A stretch of 64,000 nucleotides of DNA, from the NCBI GenBank assembly GCA_002314805.1, contig DCHJ01000038.1, positions 31,957 to 95,956 on the forward strand, given 5' to 3'. The DNA is from Lachnospiraceae bacterium UBA1755. GTDB lineage: Bacteria; Bacillota; Clostridia; Lachnospirales; Lachnospiraceae. Positions 26,085 to 34,746 of this stretch are shown here, one piece after another (position 1 is the stretch's first letter; each line of letters opens with the position of its first letter). A model generated the notes under the pieces. It was not told the origin of the DNA, did not search any database, and worked only from the letters and a program-made list of their open reading frames with translations. Both the position numbers and the translations under genes were made by a program.

Positions 26085-27140
26085 ATGTCAGGACTTTCCT
26101 ATAGTGAAGAAACAGATAAAAAAAATATTGTGAAGCTCCGCGCTCTCCTGTCTGATCTCCCTCCGTACTGCAGGGATTTCTTCAGAGGCATTGAACCAAA
26201 CACACAATCCCGCACAAGGATAGCCTATGCGTATGATCTTCATGTCTTTTTTAATTTTGTCATTAACAGCAATCCAGACATCCGCAGCAGATGTCAGACC
26301 ATAAAGGATATTACTCTGGATGACCTTGACAGGATACAGCCTGTGGATATCGAGGAATATATGGAATACCTTAAATACAGGGATGAGGACGGAAAGGAAG
26401 TTTTCAACAGAGAAACGGGTATACTGCGCAAGATCTCTTCTCTAAGGAGCTTTTATAATTACTTTTACAAGACCTCAAGACTCGATAACAATCCGACACA
26501 GAGAGTTCTTGTTCCTAAGCTTCATGAGAAACAGATAATAAGACTTGATGTCAATGAGGTTGCCTCAATGCTGGATCAGGTAGAATCCGGTGATAAGCTC
26601 ACTGAGGCTCAGAAACGTTTTCACGACAAGACAGCAGTCAGAGATGTGGCTCTCGTCACTCTCCTCTTAGGTACAGGTCTGCGTGTGTCAGAATGTGTCG
26701 GATTGAATATAAGAGATATTGACTTTGATAATGACGGACTGCTGATCCACAGAAAAGGCGGCAAGGAAACGACCGTATACTTTGGTGATGAAGTAGAGAA
26801 AGCTCTCAGGGAATGGCTGGTGATCCGCAGACAGAAGCCTGCTGCCGCAGGCAGCGAAGATGCGCTCTTCCTCTCTCTGCAGAACAAACGCATGAGTGTA
26901 CGATCAGTGGAAAATCTGGTAAAGAAATATGCCCGAATTGTCACTCCCCTTAAAAAGATCACGCCGCATAAGCTGAGGTCAACCTACGGTACGAGTCTCT
27001 ACCGCGAAACCGGTGACATCTACCTTGTTGCTGATGTACTCGGTCATAATGACGTAAATACTACCCGCAAGCATTATGCCGCACTTGAAGACGAGAGAAA
27101 ACGCTCAGCAAGAAATGCCGTAAAGCTTCGCGAGGACTGA
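26085..27140 (+). CDS. Tyrosine recombinase (XerC/XerD/phage-integrase family)
   Basis: Catalytic pattern: GLRVSE (R), HKLRSTYGT (HxxR), LGHNDVNTTRKHY (H..Y). No flanking att-like repeats or phage genes seen. Confidence 0.8.
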   Translation: MSGLSYSEETDKKNIVKLRALLSDLPPYCRDFFRGIEPNTQSRTRIAYAYDLHVFFNFVINSNPDIRSRCQTIKDITLDDLDRIQPVDIEEYMEYLKYRDEDGKEVFNRETGILRKISSLRSFYNYFYKTSRLDNNPTQRVLVPKLHEKQIIRLDVNEVASMLDQVESGDKLTEAQKRFHDKTAVRDVALVTLLLGTGLRVSECVGLNIRDIDFDNDGLLIHRKGGKETTVYFGDEVEKALREWLVIRRQKPAAAGSEDALFLSLQNKRMSVRSVENLVKKYARIVTPLKKITPHKLRSTYGTSLYRETGDIYLVADVLGHNDVNTTRKHYAALEDERKRSARNAVKLRED

Positions 27141-27184
27141 CGGATTACAGCCCTTAATCAAGCTTTTCGACTTTTGCCACGCAA

Positions 27185-27526
27185 TTATATCCCGGGATCC
27201 TCGTTTCTGTGCTCTCCCTTACGCCTGTAAAAGGTCCGGATATTGACACCAAGCCGCTCCGCGATCTCCTCCTGCTTCATCCCCAGAGAACTCAGCATTT
27301 CGACCTGATTCCAGTCTATTTCGGTATGGATCTTATTGCGTCCTGCATATCTGCTGCTCTTTCTGTATACCGCCGAAGTATCCCAGTTAAGATTAAGTTC
27401 ATAGCCTGCTGACGATTTTAAATATGTCACTTCCACATCAAATTGTTCGAGAAGCCTTTTAAGCTTCTCGAGCTGCAATTCAGTAAGATAAGATTCCTTT
27501 ATGATGAAATTAAGCTTATCCTGCAT
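27185..27526 (-). CDS. Small protein with a resolvase-type C-terminal HTH but no recombinase catalytic domain
   Basis: GRNKIHTEIDWNQVEMLSSLGMKQEEIAERLGVNIRTFYRRKGE resembles the HTH tail of serine recombinases. The ATG at 27526 overlaps the upstream gene end by 11 nt. Confidence 0.5.
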   Translation of the reverse strand: MQDKLNFIIKESYLTELQLEKLKRLLEQFDVEVTYLKSSAGYELNLNWDTSAVYRKSSRYAGRNKIHTEIDWNQVEMLSSLGMKQEEIAERLGVNIRTFYRRKGEHRNEDPGI

Positions 27527-28160
27527 ATGGCTTATGCATCTCAACTTTCTTCTTTGCGAAGTCAAGTATTATATCAGCCGCCGCATCGTATTCCAGATCA
27601 GTTGTGCTGATACAGAAGTCATAGGATCTTGCATCTCCCCATTTTTTGTTGGAATAATAATTGTAATAGCTTGCCCTGTCCTTATCGGTCTTGATCATAA
27701 GCTCCTTTGCTTTTTTCTCATCAAGCTCTCTTTGCTTCATAAGTCTTTTGATCCTCACATCATCTTCACAGCTTACAAATACAGATACTGTGTACACAAG
27801 GTCACATAAAGCATAGTCTGCACATCTGCCGATAATGACGCAGGATTCATTCTGAGCAATATTCTTGATCGACTCAAACTGAGCAAGGAAAATCTTATGA
27901 TTGATAGGCATCTCCACAAAAGATGAACTATAACCGAGGGAATAAGTATCCATCACCAGTGAATAAAGGAAGCTGCTGGTGGGTTTCTCATCATGCTGCC
28001 TGAAAAGCTCCTCGGCAATACCGCTGTCCTTTGCTGCCCTTTCGATAAGCTCCTCGTCATAGCACCTGGCACCCATTTTTTCGGCAATGATCTTACCTAT
28101 CTGGCGTCCTCCGCTTCCTGCCTGCCGCTCGATAGTAATCACTAAGTTGTTATCAGCCAT
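27516..28160 (-). CDS. Cytidylate kinase-like family protein
   Basis: ITIERQAGSGGRQIGKIIAEKMG P-loop-like N-terminus, typical of the cytidylate-kinase-like family. 214 aa. Confidence 0.7.
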   Translation of the reverse strand: MADNNLVITIERQAGSGGRQIGKIIAEKMGARCYDEELIERAAKDSGIAEELFRQHDEKPTSSFLYSLVMDTYSLGYSSSFVEMPINHKIFLAQFESIKNIAQNESCVIIGRCADYALCDLVYTVSVFVSCEDDVRIKRLMKQRELDEKKAKELMIKTDKDRASYYNYYSNKKWGDARSYDFCISTTDLEYDAAADIILDFAKKKVEMHKPYAG

Positions 28161-28162
28161 CT

Positions 28163-29071
28163 TTATCCCTCCAATCTTTCAAGAAGCTTTGAGAAGTACT
28201 CAGGTACTTCAGGGTCACTTGTAAACTCCATATAGCTGCCTGTACCCGGATGTATGAATCCAAGCACCATCGCATGCAGGCACTGTCCCTGCAGCTTATA
28301 CGGGCATCTGGACGGGCCATACACTTCATCACCCAGCACCGGATGATTTATCGATTTCATATGTACCCTTATCTGATGAGTCCTTCCCGTTTCAAGCCGG
28401 CACTCAATATATGTAAATCCCTTAAAGCGCTGCAGGACTCTGTAATGAGTAACAGCCGGTCTCCCCCTGCGCTCATCTATACACATCTTCTTCCTGTCAT
28501 TGGGGTGACGCGCAATCGCGCCCTCAACAGTTCCTTCATCCTCGTTTATGATGCCATGGACTATGGCACGGTACCGCCTCGTGATACTATGCACCTTGAG
28601 CTGTTCCGAGAGCGAATTATGTGCCCTGTCATTCTTGCATGCTACAAGAAGTCCTGTGGTGTCCTTATCTATACGGTGGACGATACCCGGTCGCAGCACA
28701 CCGTTGATCCCGCTAAGATTATCCCTGCAATGATACATAAGTGCGTTAACCAGCGTACCTGAATAGTGCCCCGGTGCAGGATGAACCACCATATCCTTAG
28801 GCTTATTCACTACAATGATATCATCATCCTCATACACGATATCCAGCGGAATATCCTCCGCTGCTATCTCCGGTTCTATAGATTGCGGGAGTGAAAGGCA
28901 GATCTCATCCTCGTCCGCAACCTTATAATTGCTCTTCACAGACTTGCCGTTGACCGTAACTCTTCCGTCTTCAATCAGATTCTGTATATATGATCTGGAC
29001 AGATCTTCTGTATGCGCAGAGAGCCACTTGTCAATACGTGTATTAAGCTCATCCTCTGCTCGTAGAATCAT
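28163..29071 (-). CDS. rluD: 23S rRNA pseudouridine synthase, RluD family
   Basis: S4 domain (RIDKWLS..) plus the catalytic HRIDKDTTGLLV motif. Start at MILRAEDE. Confidence 0.9.
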   Translation of the reverse strand: MILRAEDELNTRIDKWLSAHTEDLSRSYIQNLIEDGRVTVNGKSVKSNYKVADEDEICLSLPQSIEPEIAAEDIPLDIVYEDDDIIVVNKPKDMVVHPAPGHYSGTLVNALMYHCRDNLSGINGVLRPGIVHRIDKDTTGLLVACKNDRAHNSLSEQLKVHSITRRYRAIVHGIINEDEGTVEGAIARHPNDRKKMCIDERRGRPAVTHYRVLQRFKGFTYIECRLETGRTHQIRVHMKSINHPVLGDEVYGPSRCPYKLQGQCLHAMVLGFIHPGTGSYMEFTSDPEVPEYFSKLLERLEG

Positions 29072-29579
29072 TCTTCTTCCTCGGATCCAGGAAATCAAAA
29101 TCCCTGTCCTTATATACAAAGATCACAAGGATCACAAATATGATCATTCCAAGAGTGACATATATATCAGCCACATTAAAGACAGGGAAATCAATAGGTC
29201 TGAAATAAATAAAATCCACCACATACTTATGCGCCACACGGTCAATAAGATTACCTACTGCACCTGCCAGAATGACACTTACTACAATCCCGACAGGGAC
29301 ATACTTTGAATTCATCGGCATCCTGACGATAAAGTAAATAATAAACAATATGACGAGACCGGTGATGATATAAAACCAGGTCTGCTTATTCTGCATCATT
29401 CCAAAAGCAGCCCCGTAATTTTCCGTATATGCAAACTGGAAAACATCTCCGATGACATTTACATTCTCTCCCGGATCAAGCATGGTCTGGGCAATGTTCT
29501 TTGTGATCTGGTCAATTGCCACTGCAAGCACGAAAACAACAATATATACTATTTTAGAAATGCCGCTGTTCTGATTCAT
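29049..29579 (-). CDS. lspA: Lipoprotein signal peptidase II
   Basis: ..NYGAAFG.. and ..GAVGNLIDR...VVDFI..FNVAD motifs. Start at MNQNSGIS after GGAGAA. Confidence 0.85.
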   Translation of the reverse strand: MNQNSGISKIVYIVVFVLAVAIDQITKNIAQTMLDPGENVNVIGDVFQFAYTENYGAAFGMMQNKQTWFYIITGLVILFIIYFIVRMPMNSKYVPVGIVVSVILAGAVGNLIDRVAHKYVVDFIYFRPIDFPVFNVADIYVTLGMIIFVILVIFVYKDRDFDFLDPRKKNDSTSRG

Positions 29580-29641
29580 GTAATTCTCCAAAGCAAAAAA
29601 TTCAGGCACACGAAAGTCAAGCTAACGGGTGCCTGTAACTG

Positions 29642-30160
29642 TCAAAATCTCATGTTTATCCCTGACATATCCAGCTGTCCGGAATTGAGCATATCCTGAA
29701 AATCTCCAGAGAGTTCCACCTGAGAAGGTGTCGCAATGAAAATATAAGTTGAAATTCTCTGCAGCTTCCCGTTCATGCTGTAGGTCGCTCCGGATGTGAA
29801 GTCCAGTATACGCTGTGCGATCTCTGTAGCCATACCTTCCATATTGAGGACAACAGCCTTTCCCGAAAGCAGGCAGTCAACGATCATGCGCGATTCATCT
29901 ATTGAAGCGGGCTTGACCATACATACTTCCATCTGACGTCTGACAGGAGTAACATTGGAGTTTCCCGTGTTTCTGGTGCCAAAAAAGCCCTTCTTTGGAG
30001 ACTCCTCGTCTTCATAGTCATCATAATCATCCTGCTGTCTGGCGCGCTTAAAAATTCCGCCGCGTGGAGCGTCATCGTATGCTTCCTGTTCCATATACTC
30101 ATCGTCATCGTAATCCTGATCGATCCTCATACTATCCATAAGCTTTCCAAATACGCCCAT
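29642..30160 (-). CDS. sepF: Cell division protein SepF
   Basis: Acidic or disordered N-terminal half, then the SepF core: EVCMVKPASIDESRMIVDCLLSGKAVVLNMEG..AQRILDFTSGATYSMNG. Confidence 0.85.
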   Translation of the reverse strand: MGVFGKLMDSMRIDQDYDDDEYMEQEAYDDAPRGGIFKRARQQDDYDDYEDEESPKKGFFGTRNTGNSNVTPVRRQMEVCMVKPASIDESRMIVDCLLSGKAVVLNMEGMATEIAQRILDFTSGATYSMNGKLQRISTYIFIATPSQVELSGDFQDMLNSGQLDMSGINMRF

Positions 30161-30220
30161 CTTTATTCCATCCTCTCTTCTGATACTAATATTATCAATG
30201 TTTTTCCAATCTATGTCAAC

Positions 30221-31612
30221 TTATTCGTAGATGAAGTCACCCTCGCTTACTCCGGTCGGATCGAGCAGTATATGATCATAAACTACCAGTCCGTACTTCT
30301 GATTTTTCTTTACGGAATAATACTCATCATTGGAATCCAGGATCTCTATCTGCTTGAAAACAGCATATCCCTTATTGATGTTATACACACCTTCACGGGT
30401 GGCAGTCTCACCAAGTTTGTAATGCTCTGTGCTTCCCGGCTTCACAACATAATCTCCGGGCTGGAAGGGAGAATCACTTGAGAAATCAATGTAATAATAA
30501 TCATCCGTACTGTAATATATATCTGTCGGAATATACTCGATGCTTGTACCGCTGTCGGTTATGATTTCTTTATAGAAGCCTTCGCCGGTATTATCTCCGC
30601 CATGTGCCAGGTAATCTGCCGGCACCAGCAAAAATGTCTTGGTTACCACTGATGACTTTGGGATCTTCAGTCCGCTTTGAGATGCCGTCTTTATATTGAA
30701 AGAAATATACCTGTCATTAATGAAGTCCACCATATACCTGCCAAGAGTCAGCTTTCCGTAGGCTTTCCCGTCCATGTTATTAAGCTGGGTATATACGGCA
30801 TCGGCTGACAGTCCTGATCCCTTAAAAGATACCTTAAGAGTATCATATGCGGAAAATGCCTCTCTCTCCTCCTCGGAAAGCGGGAATACGATATCCCACT
30901 TCTCTTCTGTTATTATCTTATAGACCGGTGTGCCTGCTTCAATAAGCTGTCCTGATTTGGTGGTATGTGCACTGTAAATACTGTTATTGAAGTCATTGCC
31001 GCTGATGGATTCCGGAGTACGTTCCTCATACCCGTCGATCTTATAAGATACGGTTCCTGCCAGCGGTGAGTAAACCCTTGTATAACTTATCCCGCTTTCC
31101 TCCATGGCCTTTGCCAGAGAATCCGACTCCACAAATCCTGCATAATCGATCATGGCCGTATTGACTGCAGACTTTTCTGCATATACGGAAGAAATATTGT
31201 CATCCCTGAGATTCATTGAAAAACTGCTGAGATTCTTTTTAAGCCTCGCAGCATTCTCATCCGTCATCTTGAAATCATACAGCTGATTGCCGGCCAGATA
31301 GGAATTCATTGCACCTGTCTCATCGATTGAATACACCTCAGTTCCGACTCCTACACGTTTTCCCGGCTGTATGAAAAGATTTATATAACCAGACTGCTGA
31401 GCACTCTGCGGCGACTCGGTACGGATAATGATACCCTCGTGTTCGGTGTTTTTTGCCATGCCGCCTTCAACTACTTCGTAATAGTTGACCGGATTCTTCT
31501 TAAAACTGCTGTATGCGCTGTAGCAGATATAACAGAACAGCACAATAAAGACAATAAGACCGATATTCATTTGTACTGAACGATTGAGTCCCTTGATCCT
31601 TCTTTTTGCCAT
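30221..31612 (-). CDS. Single-pass membrane protein with HlyD/membrane-fusion-like features, function unknown
   Basis: Start at MAKRRIKG after AGGAGAAG. One N-terminal TM segment (IGLIVFIVLFCYICYSAY). Lipoyl/hybrid-barrel-like GYINLFIQPGKRVGVGTEVYSID. The assignment is weak. Confidence 0.45.
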   Translation of the reverse strand: MAKRRIKGLNRSVQMNIGLIVFIVLFCYICYSAYSSFKKNPVNYYEVVEGGMAKNTEHEGIIIRTESPQSAQQSGYINLFIQPGKRVGVGTEVYSIDETGAMNSYLAGNQLYDFKMTDENAARLKKNLSSFSMNLRDDNISSVYAEKSAVNTAMIDYAGFVESDSLAKAMEESGISYTRVYSPLAGTVSYKIDGYEERTPESISGNDFNNSIYSAHTTKSGQLIEAGTPVYKIITEEKWDIVFPLSEEEREAFSAYDTLKVSFKGSGLSADAVYTQLNNMDGKAYGKLTLGRYMVDFINDRYISFNIKTASQSGLKIPKSSVVTKTFLLVPADYLAHGGDNTGEGFYKEIITDSGTSIEYIPTDIYYSTDDYYYIDFSSDSPFQPGDYVVKPGSTEHYKLGETATREGVYNINKGYAVFKQIEILDSNDEYYSVKKNQKYGLVVYDHILLDPTGVSEGDFIYE

Positions 31613-31667
31613 TCTTCTCCTAAAAATGGACAGCAAAACGAAAGTCTGCTGTCCGTCAATAAACCTA

Positions 31668-32087
31668 TTATAAAGAAACTACCACATTCTTACGGGCATT
31701 TTCCGGTAAATCTTCCTCTGCCATTGAAACACTGAGTACAAATGTAACACTGTATTTATTTCCGAGCTTCTCAAGCTGGTCCAGTACAGGAGCTATGTCT
31801 GCATCTTCAAGCTTTGCGATCTTTAAAAAACTGTCCAGGAACATGAATTCAAGATCGTGGTCCTGAGAAATAATGCCTGCAACGAAACCGATGAAACCAT
31901 CCGTGGTACTGATAGGAAACTCCTGCGTATTGATCAGGCGTATCCTGATATCAAGATCATGCATATGCTTCACATTCTTATCAAGATATACAATAGTACC
32001 ATCAGCGTTCTTAACAGCATCATTTGCTCTTTCAAGAAGATAAGGTGTCTTTCCTTTTCCGTTCTCTCCTGCAATTATCTGCACCAT
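31668..32087 (-). CDS. Minimal P-loop NTPase (139 aa), function unknown
   Basis: Walker A GENGKGKT (aa 7-14) and Walker-B-like EFMFLDSF. No other domain. Confidence 0.5.
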   Translation of the reverse strand: MVQIIAGENGKGKTPYLLERANDAVKNADGTIVYLDKNVKHMHDLDIRIRLINTQEFPISTTDGFIGFVAGIISQDHDLEFMFLDSFLKIAKLEDADIAPVLDQLEKLGNKYSVTFVLSVSMAEEDLPENARKNVVVSL

Positions 32088-32152
32088 GATAAGATACCTC
32101 CCTGATGTTTATAGGTAAATTATAGTTTATGACAAAGTAAAGTGCAACCCGA

Positions 32153-33220
32153 TTAGTTTACTTTCTGAAGCAGCCGGTTCATGCTTCTATACAGAGAATC
32201 CTTTGAATCAGCTTTCATTACGATACTGATAATCTCTTTCCCGTCAGCATCTGCTGTGGCAAGCACGAGACAGTTGCCTGCTGCCATTGTTGTACCCGTC
32301 TTTCCGGCCACAAGTTTGAGCCCCTCCGGCAGTTCAGCATCACCTTTAAGATACTTGTTGGTATTATCCCATGTTCTGGAAACTGCAAGTCCGTCAGCAT
32401 CCAGAAACTCGGCAATAAACTGCTTTGTCCTGCATATACGCCGGAATTCAGGATACTTCATCGCTTCATTCATTATCAGATACAGGTCATAAGCTGTGGT
32501 ATAATGGTTCTCTTCAGTCATACCGTGAGGATTGGAAAAATGAGTGTCTACAGCGCCTATAGCTGCTGCTTCTTCATTCATGAGCTCAGTAAAGCCGTCA
32601 ATACTGCCACCTGCATGTATGGCTATGGCATTGGCAGCATCATTGCCGGACGGCAGCAGCAGTCCGTAAAGCAGCTGCTGCAGACTTAAGGTCTGTCCGG
32701 GTTCAAGATTGGCCAGACTGGCTCCGTATTCATGGACCATCGCATCCTCTGTCACTGTCACCTGATCTGTAATATCACAGTACTTAAGGGCAATGATCGC
32801 TGTCATTATCTTGGTTGTACTTGCCGGATCGACCCTTTCGAGACCATTCTTATTGAAAACAGTATACGGATTACCTGCTTCGGCAAGAACTCCTGCTTCC
32901 GGCTCAAATTCCGGGTCATTGCTCTCCTCACAGATTACAGCAAGCTCTGCTGCAAATGGTACCAGATCATCAGTTTCAAGATCAAACCTGAGAATAGATT
33001 CGTACCGCGCAGCGGTATCATAATAATCACTGATCTTATTTTTCCGGATATTAACTATTACCACAACAACAAGAAGCACCACAGCCAATAGACACGCTAT
33101 CAGCATAATGCTTCTCATGATAATCAGCCGTCTGTTTCTCCTCCTGCGTCTTGCATTTGAGGATCTGTAATAATTATCTGTACGCCTCTCTGAATTCAAA
33201 ATCGCCCCTGTCCAATGCAA
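32153..33220 (-). CDS. D-alanyl-D-alanine carboxypeptidase (PBP5/DacB-like serine hydrolase)
   Basis: SxxK (ASTTKIM), SGN (LPSGNDAA), KTG (AGKTGTT). Arg-rich tail plus TM segment at the N-terminus. The start is uncertain because the listed ATG overlaps mgsA by 47 nt. Confidence 0.8.
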   Translation of the reverse strand: MHWTGAILNSERRTDNYYRSSNARRRRRNRRLIIMRSIMLIACLLAVVLLVVVVIVNIRKNKISDYYDTAARYESILRFDLETDDLVPFAAELAVICEESNDPEFEPEAGVLAEAGNPYTVFNKNGLERVDPASTTKIMTAIIALKYCDITDQVTVTEDAMVHEYGASLANLEPGQTLSLQQLLYGLLLPSGNDAANAIAIHAGGSIDGFTELMNEEAAAIGAVDTHFSNPHGMTEENHYTTAYDLYLIMNEAMKYPEFRRICRTKQFIAEFLDADGLAVSRTWDNTNKYLKGDAELPEGLKLVAGKTGTTMAAGNCLVLATADADGKEIISIVMKADSKDSLYRSMNRLLQKVN

Positions 33221-33569
33221 GTATCATAAGCTCCGCTGTGGCAAGATTTGTCGCCAGCGGTATGTTGAAGGTATCACAGCTTTTGCTGATGCTGCTTATC
33301 TTGGGCTCATGGCCGTAATTCTGCAGCGGGTCACGGAGAAATATAACAAGATCCATGTCATTATCGTCTATCTGCGCACAGAACTGCTCGATACCGCCTA
33401 CTGAACCCGAGATAAACTTGTGCACTCTCAGGCAGGTCGCATCTTCAATAAGCCTTCCGGTCACACCGGTTGCATAAAGCTCATGTTTTGACAGTATGCT
33501 CTCATAAGCAACACAAAAGTCCTGCATTAATCTCTTCTTTGCATCATGTGCTATAAATCCGATTTTCAT
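33174..33569 (-). CDS. mgsA: Methylglyoxal synthase
   Basis: MKIGFIAHDAKKRLM..LYATGVTGRLIE..DLVIFLRDPL..HEPKI..FNIPLATNLATAE aligns by eye with E. coli MgsA motifs. Confidence 0.8.
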   Translation of the reverse strand: MKIGFIAHDAKKRLMQDFCVAYESILSKHELYATGVTGRLIEDATCLRVHKFISGSVGGIEQFCAQIDDNDMDLVIFLRDPLQNYGHEPKISSISKSCDTFNIPLATNLATAELMILALDRGDFEFREAYR

Positions 33570-34708
33570 GACGATGTATACCTCCGTTGCCTCGGTCTCT
33601 CTTTATGAAGTCCTACACTTAAAACCAGTCCCATGCCAATATATATACTCGCCAGCGAACTGACACCATAACTGATAAACGGTAACGGCAGACCGGTATT
33701 CGGAAACAGCCCGGTTGCCACCGCAATATTTGTGAAGCTCTGAGCTGCAAGCAGCATGCCTACCCCGACACAGATCACCTTGCCTTCAATGTCTGCGCAT
33801 TTTCTGGCCATCCTGAGACACTGCAATACGATGATGGCAAACAGCAGTATCACTGCAACAGATCCCACAAACCCCAATTCCTCGCCTATGATGGCAAAGA
33901 TGAAATCCGTCTGTTCCTCTGCAAGGAAATTTCCGTTTTTGACCGATTCAAGTCCTGCATTGCCCAGTCCCTTTCCCCAGAGCTTACCCGAAGCAATTGC
34001 CATGATCGAATTATTCTGCTGCAGATTTGCATCGGAATATATTGCGGCATCCTTATCAAACCATGCAAGTATACGCCCCAGCCGGTAATCTCCCAAAAAG
34101 CTGAGATATCCGTTTTTTAAAAGAACAATGAATGCTCCGAAGACAGGTACGATCACTGCCAGTGCCAGAAGAATGAACTTGTATGATAACCCGGCAATAT
34201 AGAACATACTGAACACTTCCACACAGAGGATTATCGTAGTGGATGTATCCGGCTGCATCAGGATCAGGATTATTGGGACCAGTGCCAGTCCGAAAGCGGG
34301 AAGCCATATGTTATAGCGGCCGATCTTTTCCTCATACTTGCCAAAATACGCGGCAAACACGACTACAAGACCGATCTTAACCAGTTCAGAAGGCTGGAAC
34401 TGATTTATGACAGGAACTTCGATCCATCGCCTTGCTCCGCCCCTGATAAGTCCATAGACAAGCACAACTACAAGGAGCGCCGTGCACCCAAGATAGATGA
34501 TCCCGCTGAACTTAAGTATGTACTTATATGGAAAAAGCGAAACCGCAACCATAGCTCCAAGCCCCAGAAGTACACCGTAAATCTGTCTTGTAGCCAGACC
34601 TCCCTCACCCATAGTAGCGCTGTTTATTGCAAGCACACCTATGGCACTAAGTACAAGAACACATGCAAACAGCAAAAAGTTGTAATCTTTTAACGAATAC
34701 TTACTCAA
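33566..34708 (-). CDS. rodA: SEDS-family peptidoglycan glycosyltransferase (RodA/FtsW)
   Basis: About 10 TM segments. Motifs QPSELVKI, EEQTDFIFAIIGEELGF and PNTGLPLPFISYG. Position next to PBP2. Confidence 0.85.
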   Translation of the reverse strand: MSKYSLKDYNFLLFACVLVLSAIGVLAINSATMGEGGLATRQIYGVLLGLGAMVAVSLFPYKYILKFSGIIYLGCTALLVVVLVYGLIRGGARRWIEVPVINQFQPSELVKIGLVVVFAAYFGKYEEKIGRYNIWLPAFGLALVPIILILMQPDTSTTIILCVEVFSMFYIAGLSYKFILLALAVIVPVFGAFIVLLKNGYLSFLGDYRLGRILAWFDKDAAIYSDANLQQNNSIMAIASGKLWGKGLGNAGLESVKNGNFLAEEQTDFIFAIIGEELGFVGSVAVILLFAIIVLQCLRMARKCADIEGKVICVGVGMLLAAQSFTNIAVATGLFPNTGLPLPFISYGVSSLASIYIGMGLVLSVGLHKERPRQRRYTSS

Positions 34709-34746
34709 ACCAACCTCTATTATACTACATATTGCACAAATTTCAA

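Noticed and set aside
25188-28160. Integrated mobile element around the tyrosine recombinase
   Set aside because: There are no flanking direct repeats or att-like sites, tRNA, phage, conjugation or cargo genes. The neighbours are conserved housekeeping genes (TtcA-like, CMP-kinase-like, rluD). It is more likely a chromosomal Xer-type recombinase.
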